Below, in pieces: positions 12,206 through 23,353 of a stretch of 64,000 nucleotides of DNA. Every line of letters starts with the position of its first letter. The first letter of the stretch is position 1. The DNA is taken from positions 4,278,001 to 4,342,000 of the forward strand of contig JBLDXI010000003.1 in NCBI GenBank assembly GCA_047495785.1. Direction: 5' to 3'. The DNA is from Lepidodermella squamata. Taxonomy: Eukaryota > Animalia > Gastrotricha. A program made the translations under genes and the position numbers. The notes beneath the pieces are model-generated. The model saw only the letters and a program-made list of their open reading frames with translations, ran no database searches and was not told the origin of the DNA.

Positions 12206-13729
12206 ACTAGCTAAATACACCTGTGGGGAGTATTGTGTAATAGAAGAAAAATATTTGCAGAGAAATTTCTTGCAATAAGGCAATAAAGGATGAATTTGCT
12301 GATACTGTCAGTTATTTTAAAGATCTTGTTTTGTTTTATGTCTGAGTAAACACCATAAACAGAGGATTTGGAACGCTTCATTTTCATCTTCCAATCTGAA
12401 CTCCTCTTGTGCAGTTCAGATAGAGGGACAAATGTAACTGAAAAATTCAAGACTGGATATCGTCGATTGACCATCATAGGGTTGAAATTGTGTCACATGC
12501 GAATCGATATTGGATATTGGTGAGAGACTATTGGGGGCAAGCTCCCCGTATCCCCGTATTCACGCTTATGTTGTTCGATCGAATTGGAAGCGGGTAAGGA
12601 GGGTTACATGTCGCGATAAGGACATCAATAGCCTATAGCCTGAAGTGACCAGCGTATATTCTGAGGCTCGAAGATTATAAATGACTTCTTGGCTGATGCT
12701 CGATGAGAACCGATTGAATAAAATGCGAACGTTTATACCTTGGCGCCATTACCGTAGAGAAATTTGTTTCTCCATGGCAAAATTAATCTGGTAATCAAAG
12801 CGAATTATTAGCGAAACAGATTTGTTCAGGTCCGACGGAAAAGCGAATAGGATACAAAACGCAAATTATTTGTTTGGGTTTTTATTTGTTCGTAAAAGCA
12901 GATCGACATCAAAACTAACACGAGAAACTGCATTTGTATAGAAGCGACATAAAATAGTAATATTACACAAATTAAACACCATTGCGGTACAAGGATTAGC
13001 CACTTGCGCACAACTCCAGCTACGTTCAATCGATGTGTCAATGAAAAGGCGATTCATCCCGTGTGCAGATTGAAATATATATTGCAAAAGAACGGATCAC
13101 GCACAGGATAAGTCAAACTAGACTGATCTTAGAAAAGACAAGAAGAGATTTCGTAGTAATAATTTATGAGAAGAATTAATGATATTATGATTTCATCAAG
13201 TGATGATAGTGATTTACGCGAATACTTCAAAGAGGAAGACGAACATGGCTCTTCCCGCTCTCGCCGACAATTGTAATTTATAGATCTCCGTAGCGCCAAA
13301 ATATTTCTTCCGGATATATAATAATACACATTTACGCTAATTATTTTTGAACCAGGGCGAAAGAATAGACTGATTTACAAAAAGAGATAAAGCTTTGCCG
13401 AACTATACAGTCACGTGAGTATAAATATAAATGATGAAACTGAAAAGTGAACTCACATTTATTAGTGCATATGAACAAATTGCACTGTTCTTTGATGATA
13501 TGGCTCTTTGTTGTACAAATTCAGAGACATGATCTTTTATCTTTATTCAAAATTTCACAGATCTTGTGCGCTATATTAATTTTGGGAGATAGAGATTTCA
13601 CAGACGCGGAATGCATTCATTATCACGCTAACAACAATAACGTAGAAGAGAAAGAGAGGCACAGAACGGAAAAGAATAGACAGGGATTATCAGTACATAA
13701 TTATTTCTAGACTATTCATGTAAAGGCAG

Positions 13730-14426
13730 TTACGCAGAAACGGTAGCTGTGAAAGGTTCTATTTTCGACTGCTGAATGATGGCAACAATGACACCGAAGA
13801 GGCCAATCGCAGAGGCGAAGATTTCCACAATGAGGATTTTCACGAAGAGGACAGGATTTTGAGCATCGGCTAGGGCGGCACCCGATCCGACAATGCCGAC
13901 GCAAAGACCGCACGCCAAGTTCGAGAGCCCGACTGTCAGACCTGCCGCGAACAAGATATAACCGGCACCGTGGTATTTAATCTGGTTGGCGACATCAGGA
14001 ATCATAGCCGGATCGACAAAGCTGATCTTCTGCGAAAGCACAATAGCGATGATAATACCATAAATCGCGACAGCCTCGCAGAAAATGATTGAAATGAGGT
14101 TCTTCGTGCGAATTCTAGGCGCCTTGACACCACCTCCGACAATGCTAGCTCCAGTAGTGAAAATTCCACACGCAGCACCAAGGACGCTCAGCGAGATTGC
14201 AAGGCCAACGCCAGTGCCCATCCACATGTAAGGACTCGTGGTCTATATCGAATTTTCATTTAGAAATCATCAAGGGAAAGGCTGATGAAAGTATTACCTG
14301 CAGGAACCACCCGACATCGTACCGGTATCCTTGGCCGGAGATAAGATAGTAACCAGAAAGGACGAGGATTGCAAAACTGGCAATCGAAGCAATAATGTAA
14401 ACAAAACCACGTGGACTTAGCGACAT
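13730..14426 (-). CDS. ATP6V0B: V-ATPase V0 proteolipid c'' (21 kDa), downstream copy A
   Basis: Exons 14426-14298 and 14242-13730; [23 protein letters not shown] and [19 protein letters not shown]. Confidence 0.95.
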
Positions 14427-14687
14427 GGTTTGAAATGCTATTGAATTAAGCTGCTCTAAATTGTGAAGAAATCAATCAAATTCAATTATTTATCTCGTTT
14501 CGTCTCTGAATAATTAAAATAATTCACAACATTTTTTGTCAACAAAAGACTAGGCAAGCATATCGTAATATATAGCCAAATTTTGTATATAATCACATGG
14601 TAAGAAAATATTGAAATCATAAATAAAATCAGCGTTGATTGAAATGATTAGCACCTTTGAATCGATGAAAGAATTAAGCAAACAAAA

Positions 14688-15386
14688 TTAGGCAGCAGCA
14701 GCAGCGGTGTAGGTCGCAATTTTAGAGCTCTGAATGATAGCAACAATAACACCGAAAAGACCAATGGCTGATGCGAAAATCTCAATAATTAAAATTTTGA
14801 CGAAGAGCTCAGGATTTTGAGCATCGGCGAGCGCAGCGCCCGACCCGATAATGCCGATACACAACCCACAGAACAAGTTCGAAAGACCTGTGGTAAGACC
14901 AGACGCGAAAATGAGGTAACCAGCACCGTGAAATTTGTATTGGTTTTCGTCACCAATGATGTTAGCCTGGTTAATGACGTTGATATTTTGAGAAAGAACG
15001 ATGGCAATAATGATGCCGAAAATGGCGACTGCCTCGCAGAAAATGACTGAAATCAAGTTTTTCGTGCGAATCCTGGGAGTTTTCACGCCGCCGCCGACTA
15101 TTGTTACCCCGGTGGCATAGATTCCCGAGGCAGCGCCGAGCACACTCAACGAGATCGCAAGACCGGCTCCAAGACCCATCCACAAAAACGGACTGATTGA
15201 CTAAACACGAATATCAATTGATTAAAATAAACAATTGTCAAATGATTTCCAAATTACCGTGAGGAACCATCCAATATCGTATCGATAGCCCTGGCCAGAA
15301 ATGAGGTAATATCCAGATGTTATGAGGATGGCCAGACTGGCAAGGGATGCCAGAAAGTAAATGAAATAGCCAGCTCTGTATGCCAT
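14688..15386 (-). CDS. ATP6V0B: V-ATPase V0 proteolipid c'', upstream copy B
   Basis: Exons 15386-15258 and 15200-14688 (same intron position as copy A); [23 protein letters not shown]; intact frame. Confidence 0.93.
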
Positions 15387-16063
15387 TTAACTCAATATCT
15401 AAGAAAACAAAACATGAAAGTATGAAAAAATTTCTCTGATTATATTCACTTCGCAAATAACAATGATAGTATTTTGTATAATAATGACATTAGAAAAAGT
15501 AGTACACAATTTGAATAAGCGTGATCAGTCCTTTGAACTTGTTGCATTTTGCCGTTTTAAACAACACGATTTACTCAGGGCGCGACAATATATCAGTAGT
15601 CAGGTAATAATTTATCCTTGCGGTGATCAAGGTAAAAGTTGTGCACACGGAACACGGATGAGGAAAGCCGCTGAACCTTGGTGATCAACGACCACGTGGC
15701 AGCGGACAGAACATACGAAGACAGACCACGCGCAAAGCGATAGAGACACCAGTGAACATCCAAATAAATAGTAAGGCAAGTCGGTCACGGAAAATAGAAT
15801 AGCGGAAGTAGTCCAGGATTGCGAAAATAGTGTGTGAAGGGCAATAAAGGCCTGTATTTTTCTTCTGTCTTTGTTCTTGTTTAATACTCGATTTTCGAGA
15901 ACGATTTGCAGCGATAAAACAGTACAGCAGGTGACTACGCTGGAACGAGCACTGAACTGCTTTTCAATTCACATAATAACACAGAATAAATGAGAGGAAC
16001 CACTTGAGGTGACACTCAGCTTCAATGCACCGATCTATGATAGTATGACAGTAATACAACAAA

Positions 16064-19000
16064 TCAAGAGTCATCAACCAGCATTTCAGCAGCCAGAGTC
16101 ACTTCGTTCGAGGAACTGCGGTGAGATGGCGCGTAGACGATCGGCGGGTTCGCAAACAACACTAATTCGAAACACAGCCCGCCGCCGGGTAGTTTCGCCC
16201 CGAGAGCCTGGGCCACGTTGAACAGGGTCGGAATGAGTTCCGAGTCCAGCGACTCGACTGCCTGATCAGGAAGAGGCAGGTACTCGACGGCGCCGTCCGC
16301 CTGAGACAACATGGTTGCTTCGAAGCCGAGACCGTCGGGGTCGAGCCGGATGCGCACGATGACCTGCACCGGCAAGTCACCCGGCGATTTTTTCGTCGCA
16401 TTGACGGCGTGTGCGAACGAGTCGCTGAACGGCGATAGCGCCAGTTGCGTTGAGCTTGCGAAGGCCAGCGAGGCACGGTCCAACACATAGACCACGGCGG
16501 TCGATTGCGACACGAGCGGGTCGGTCGGTGGGCTGTTGCCCGACGACGATGTTGAAGAAGATGACTCACTAGCCAATGCCGCGGTTGTGAACACCGACGG
16601 GGAGCACCACACAGCTTGGGCCGCCGGGTCGAACGGCCAGGCGTGCACGGCGGAAACTCGAATGCTTGATTCTGTCTTCGCTACGTGAGCCAATGAATTC
16701 AGCATAGTAGAATGAAATCTAAAAATACAACGCAATTGTTTTCAACTCGTTTCATAAATGCGAAATAGTCAACATACCCTATAGGCAAGCGACATCTGAG
16801 AGCAGCCTGAGGTCTGGTCCAAGACGTTGCCATTTCAACGTTCGCTTGGATCCATTCAATCTGAAGCGTATCGTTGCTGACGATGTCGCCGTTATTCGCC
16901 ATACTACACGCGATTGAGTAGTTCTGGCGAGAGGCGAGCGCCGTCCTGAGCTCAGTCATTTGATCAGCAGTAACTTGTAGCATAGCCCCGTCTTCTAACA
17001 CGGTGATTCGCGCCCGAGCGCCGGTCCCATCCGGCCTCAGCGATCCGTTGAAAATTACGAAACTAGCGGCGACCATTCGAATCTGTTCGGTGGTCGACGT
17101 TGACACGCCTAGCATTGTAATAGCCTCAGTTCTGTACGTGGCATCGGGTGGGCTAGCTTGAACCGCAACGAGATGGCCGTCAGCCGATGGTGAGAAAGAA
17201 GTGCCGATCGCTAACACATGTTCATTGCCGGACAGGGCTAGCAAACGGATCTGATTCGCCGCTGTCACCGGTAACAGCAACACGTGCCGATGATTTGAAC
17301 TCGGCTCGCTGGTCGGTGTCGACGTGTTACACGCCCGGTCTAGGTGCAGAACAGCTCCAGCAATCGTTTCGAGGCGATAGCGGAACGATCGAAAGTCAGA
17401 AAATAAAGACAGCACGGTATGCCCGGGAACGTGGAACAAGGGCGAGCGATTTGCGTCAGAAACCAACGGCGTTGGGTAGTGACCAACTTCGTGACCCAAA
17501 CGCAACAAGACTCTAAGAGGGAAAAGTCTCGCCCAGGCTAGTTCGTTCGGGTCCATAACCAAAACAGCAGCGAGCCACCTCGCGTGACTTGGAATCGGCA
17601 CTTGCTGAGTACATTGAAACGACGGCCGATACACGAGGAAGCCGACCGGGTCAACGGCAACAAATGCCAACTCGTCGTAGAACCTGCCTTGCTCTGCATC
17701 AGCCCAAACACGCTCGAAAAACCGAATCACCACTTCGGCAAAACCAGGCAAAGAATGGGTTCTTAATACGACAACGTACTCAGACTCCGAAGGGGCGCAT
17801 AGCCCGAGGGAAGCCACGGCATACACCGGGGCATCTGATGCTCCGGGGCAACAACACTCTGATAGATCCACGCGTTTGATTCGCAGAGCTAAGCCAGGAT
17901 TGAGCGATACAATAACAGTTGCGCCGGAGTCCACTTCTGCCAGGCCGTTTTGGAGAAAATTTGATCTGTCAGTTGCCCACGAGTAGTTTGATTTGATTCC
18001 TAGAGGCACCAGGGGTACCGCTGCTGTCGAAGCGCCCATGTCACTAGCGGCCGCGGCAAAAGCAGCGCCGACTTCGCCTCCGACCATCGGAGACGCGTCG
18101 GCCGATGATTGGTCGATTGGAGACGTAGCGCTTGCCGTGGCCGCGGCGACTTGCTGATTCTCACCAGGTCGGACGCCGTCTGAAAAGACGACTTTCTTCT
18201 TACTACGGCGCGATTCACCCTTCGATCCACCTCCAGCTTGGCTAGATGATGACGAAGAGGTTGACGAAACTGGACCAACGCGACTTTTCAGCACATTTTT
18301 TAGAGCGGACGGAGCGGCGGTGGGCGGACCAGTGTCAGCGTTGTTGCGCCTCGCCTCAAGCCGGATCAGCTCCGGATAGCAGGCGACGCAAACGCGAGCG
18401 ACGGCGTTGAGAAATTCGAGATGAAATCGCAGCGAGCAGCACGTGCTGCAGTAGACCTTACCGCAAGCTCGACAGTGGTGGCGCCGCTTTGTAAACGTGA
18501 AACGACAACCGCAAGCTGCACAAAATGGGGCGTCACTGTCCGGCACCCAAGGTGGAGCTTCACGACCGAGGGTGTCGCCGCAGGGTAGCACTCGGCTAGG
18601 CTCGTTAGCCGCTGCTTCGAGCGCCGCCATTGCTTCTTCTTCGGTTTGCAGTGGAGGTGCCTCGTCTGTTCGGGGCGAGTCGTCGTCCGCATCGGCTGCC
18701 AACATTGCGGCGTCGATTGGAGAGTTTTCAGCGGCGAAGGGTGGAGCCTGAGCGAGTGGCGAGGGCACACCATCTAAGAGCGAGGAGCGCGAAAGACTTG
18801 CCGAGTCGGGGCTGCATGAAGACGTCGACGATGGGATGATCGGCACAGGCAGCTGTAGGATTTCGCTGCTTGCCGAGCAGTTTGACGGCGAACGACGCCC
18901 AGACGCGAGTACCCCTATTGCCTGCAGCGTCGGTCCAGCAGATGGCAGGGTAGTTTCTATTTTAGAAGCACTGTCTTCCTCAGGCGCTGTTAGTAACATC

Positions 19001-20205
19001 TTTTTGTCGGACGTTGGAGACCTGGCGACCGGAAAGAAATCGCCGCCGTTAGTTGCGATTCCGCCATCGAGGGCGGGCTCGGATTTAGAAGTGACGCATG
19101 GCAGACCGAACAAACTCGACGGTCGCTTAGTTCCAACAGCATGATGAGGCTGTTGCTGTTGTGCTTTGTTGCTGGGAAGCTCGATAGCAGAATCTGACAG
19201 TAGCAAAGATGACGGCCGTCGACATCCGCCCTGGGACTGAGCGGCTGGTTTGCCACCAACGGTGCTGCGATTCGAAGACACTATAGGCAACGAGAGAAAT
19301 GGCGCACAGTTCTGTTTCCCGGAAGATGGCATTCCCTCGGTGAAAAAGAGCGAGTCACTTTTACAGTTTTCCACGTTGCATGAAGCCGAAAAATCAAGTG
19401 ACGAACGTGTGGGCGTTTCTGATGCTTCTAAGCTGACACCAGCTGAACCAGTAATATCGCTGTGGCGCCGCAACGTCGTATTGCCGACCGGAGTCAGTGC
19501 GTTCGAAGTGTCTGGACTAGTGAGCGTCGGTGTCCGAGTGGTTGAGTCGCTTTCGCTGGTCACGCTACGAAGTTTTCCCGTCGAAAATAGAGCGGCAACA
19601 TCGTCGGAATAAGATCTATTCAAGTCAGACACAGAATTATCTCCCTCGAAGCTGTTTTCTGCCATTAGTGAAGCAGCATAGAGATTTTGCAATAGAACAT
19701 TGTTGTTCCCAGAATTGCTCATCTGATCAGTCTGAGATGACGAATCACCAGCGTCTAGTGATGCGAATTCAGATGAACTGCAAAGACCAGAGTCCATATT
19801 GCTAGAGGAATGTTCATCAATCAACAGGTGTTTGTTTTTGTCAGATGGTGGCTGACTGCTGCTCAAATCTGCGCACTCGTCTTTCGCGCACTCGTCCATA
19901 ACATCCACCCTGATTTTCTCAGCCCCTGGCTCCGAGCCAGACGACTGCGCGAAGCCGGCGATTGACATCGGTGTAGGGTGAACTCCATTTTCCGTTACGA
20001 TTGGAGGAGGGGATGGCGATGCGCTACGGCGGAGAAACTGCAGTGGTTTTGAAGAAAATATAGCTTTGGTCGACCCAGATGACAGTTTATCTATTAATAG
20101 GTATCACTGAATAATTGTTGTTTCGATAGCATTTTATAAATTACCGAGCTCTTCGTGCTCAAAATCATCTAGAGCTCGATCAAGATCGAACAACTGCTGG
20201 CTCAT
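16064..20205 (-). CDS. SARA/endofin family FYVE protein (ZFYVE9/ZFYVE16-like), 3 exons
   Basis: N-terminus MSQQLFDLDRALDDFE; FYVE WVPD...RRHHCRACG...RVC; PP1-docking KKVVFSDGVRPG; C-terminal domain (FPLRVLLRLG, HVLAIG, ADGHLV, ASFVIFNGSL, LEDG). Exons 20205-20145, 20090-16778, 16718-16064. Confidence 0.9.
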
Positions 20206-20366
20206 GACATGCCGTCACCATAAATAATTGAAATTAAGGATAAATCTAAATAAGACAGTCATGATGACACGTTAATAAAGTTTAGTTTAGCCTGGCGATG
20301 TGACAGAAAATGAAACGACAGGTTGAAAATCAAAGATCCGTGATCGACGGAAAACCGTCCAGTGAC

Positions 20367-21542
20367 TTAGTCACGATTGATACGAGCCGTGGCTGGGCGC
20401 TCTGCTGCGCGACGTTTAGCTTGCTCCAAAAGCGGAATGAGTTTCCCTTGACTAGCAAGAAGTTTGAGAAGTTCCACAATGAACGGGACATAATTGTGAC
20501 GTCGGCGGATATTTTCAGCCCGCTGTCGTTGACGCTTTTGATCTTCTGCCAAAATGCGTTGCTCTAGATTACTAAGATGAGCTCCAAGCTCGTCGATAGC
20601 AGGGTTTCCTGTGTTGCCAATAACTCCGCCGTACTGCATCATGAAAGAATCGCTGTCAGTGTTAGGAGGCGTAATGCCTGCAGCAGCCAACGCTTGTTGC
20701 AACTGAACTTTAAGCTCATCACGCTGACGAATCAACAAAGATCGTCGATCAGTTACAACGCCCATAAGTGCAAACTCAATACTTTCAGCGCCGACGGAAG
20801 CTTGGTGGCGGCGGATGCGGTCGATCAACACAGCACGCGCACGTTCAAGCCAAGCGTTTGGACCGCCTTCAACCTTCCCATGATCAATAGGACCCTCGCG
20901 TAAGCCATCCAGTTCATAGAGTCTGCCATCAACAGGTACAAAGCTGACAAAATGGTACGCATCGCGGTCACTATGGCTAGGGCCATCGACAAAAACGACC
21001 TGCTGTTGTCCAAAACTGTTATGAACAGAACGCATCGTTTCGGAATTGCTCAAAGCTAGACCCTTCAGAGAAGAGTCAAAGCACTTGGAAAAATCCTTGA
21101 ATTCACCAAGAGTAGTTCCCAGTCTCATCTCAGGATGTTCAGCGTTAAGTACAACGTGAAGTAAAGCTTGAGTGGCGCATGCATTCGAAATTACTTGTTT
21201 TGCAAAAAATATTCTTTCCAGCCTGCTATCATCGACAATGGTCAAAGCAGAATCAGGCTCAGGATCAGGTTGCCATTTGAACAAGAAAATAAGGCCAAGA
21301 ATTGGTTTGAGTTCCTCAAAAGCCTCAGCTGAGATGTCGTAAATCTCTTCTACCTGGATTCCTTCCACGCCAAAGCCACGCAGGAGTTCGGAAAATACCC
21401 CGGGGTCACTTTCTAAAATGAAAACATTGATTTTGTTTAGTGTGGCCTAAATGATACAACAAACCGATCAAGCACCTAATGAAATAAAAATAAAATGATT
21501 GCAACTTAAATATGCTCACGCTTACCAATCACCGGCAGACAT
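20367..21542 (-). CDS. UCHL5: Ubiquitin C-terminal hydrolase L5 (UCH37)
   Basis: MSAGDWCLIESDPGVF built from exons 21542-21526, 21475-21465 (11 nt) and 21412-20367; catalytic QVISNACATQA, YHFVSFVP, YELDG; C-terminal RRHNYVPFIVELLK. Confidence 0.94.
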
Positions 21543-22182
21543 TGAAAGCGACCTAATTAACTTTAGAAATCAATAAACCATAAACCTACATGAAAGGGAC
21601 AAAAAGACAGTAGTCATCGATTATTGAGGCGATTCGTACTTAGGTTCCATGTTAGCACATCCCGCAGTCAAATGACTTGCATTCGCTGTTTACATCGCAC
21701 AAGGCACAGGACACAGGGTAAACTCTCTCATTCAATCCAAATGAAACACTGACAACTCAATAAAGGATAATCACGCCATCACAACGTTTTAACTTTCTTC
21801 GATCCTACTTCATTTTCTAAACAGAACCGGAAGCTAAAATAACGAGACCTATCGCAATGTCGCAAGTTATCTGGCCTTCAGTGGATTGAGATGAATCTCG
21901 GGTTCTGCTCATCTCTTTTATGTTGTTGACAAAGTATAGCATTGAAAATGGCGCAAAAGCTAGCGGAGTTCTGTTCTGACTGAATGATAGCGGCACATCA
22001 TACATCATCATTATCAAGGTAAGGAAAAAGAAGACTTTCGCCAAAGTGACCCCCCGCTCGTTTCCACCCGTTTAAAGGTCTTACCCTTCCAATCATACCA
22101 GATACACTTTGTCCTTCTAAGTTAATGCAACTTAATATTTTTTTAAATTAATGACGATATAAAAATAAATGGACGTGAAAAG

Positions 22183-22201
22183 TTTTGGCGGGCGCGGGAA
22201 A
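22183..22201. promoter_or_regulatory. Paired E2F-like sites in the divergent UCHL5/TMEM65 promoter interval
   Basis: TTTTGGCGGG overlapping GCGCGGGAAA in an otherwise AT-rich stretch; motif match only. Confidence 0.45.
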
Positions 22202-22707
22202 GAAGTTTTGAGTTATGAAGAATGAAAGCTTCTAAAATCACAAAAAACTGTCCCCGTAAATGCACCGGATTCGGATCGTTGGACTTCTTCCCACCATAGG
22301 TATTGGCGACAACTAGCTACTTGAGCGTGGCAAATGCTTCTAAAGATCAGCTACTGATCTGAAATATGCAGCTCTTCAATGACATCGCAACAAACATCAT
22401 ATTCAGGCGAATAGAACGTTTTATTTTCAGAATATACCGTTTATCATGTATTTTACTGTCGTTCACTGTGTTTCTCGTTTATTGTTTACTGTCGCCATTG
22501 GCCATTGGCCTTAAAGCTCTTTAAAAGCCCGATGTTTGAATTTGATTTCGAGGAAACTGGAAGTTCCCTTATTGTGAGTACAAATTGTGAAACCACATGT
22601 ACGTAGAAAGTAGAAAGTAGATGGTGAATCTGTTATGAGCTTCATCTACTAGAATCTGCTAATGTAATGCGAGTTTAACTTTTCCATCTGGATGATGTCA
22701 TCTGCTC

Positions 22708-23271
22708 GGTAAAATCCAGAATTACGGTACCGAATGGGGTGGAGTCCGGATACTTACTTGTTCGCCTCGTATTTCTCATTAGCACCCTGGATGCGCGCGA
22801 CTTCTTCTAGTTCACCTACTAGTTCACCTGAAAGCGTCTACTGACAAGTCCTACCGCTATGCTCAATGCTTAATGCCTCTTGTGAAAATTAGGTAATCAT
22901 AGGGTGGGTCGTTAGAACGTATGCATCAGCAATCCACTCGGAAGTCACTAAGCTGTGTTGAAAATTCGGAAATTGATTTACAAAGTTATGGTTCATCATG
23001 TCACTAGGCTCTCAGCTTCGTTCTGCTCGCATGGCAGTTGTGATACTTTCTCGTGAATTCAGCACTGCTTGTTTTTTTGGTGTTACCTATTTGGATTAGG
23101 GTGCGATACCTGAATTCCGTTCTCGGAACTGGGGTCTTACCACAAGGGTCGTATTCATGGGTGCGAGCGGCACAATCCTCATTGTTTCTTTATCTATTCT
23201 GGATTTTACCTAAATCTCCAATCACTGATTTCACTGATTCATCAGAAATACTAAAAGCAATGTCAACATTT
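22708..23271 (+). ncRNA. Candidate structured intronic ncRNA with H/ACA-like 3' end (telomerase-RNA-like architecture; identity unproven)
   Basis: Inside putative 5'-UTR intron 22574(GTGAGT)-23345(CAG) of TMEM65; perfect 15-bp helix 22708-22722/23196-23210; several nested helices; ACA boxes at 23172 and 23266. Confidence 0.5.
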
Positions 23272-23353
23272 TAGGTTTATATATATTATCATTCGAAATT
23301 GATACTGCTTGATCCGACCTCTGACTTAGACATTTGTCACTGCAGTACTTACC

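Noticed and set aside
9234-21635. Shared 10-mer GAGGCGATTC upstream of RPL17 and UCHL5
   Set aside because: A shared 10-mer between two few-hundred-base windows is plausible by chance, and flanking motif order differs.
22750-22801. U1 snRNA-like sequence (ATACTTACTTG...CATTAGCACCCTGGATG)
   Set aside because: Lacks stem-loop I, an exact AUUGCAC loop and an Sm site; treated as one hairpin of the larger structured region.
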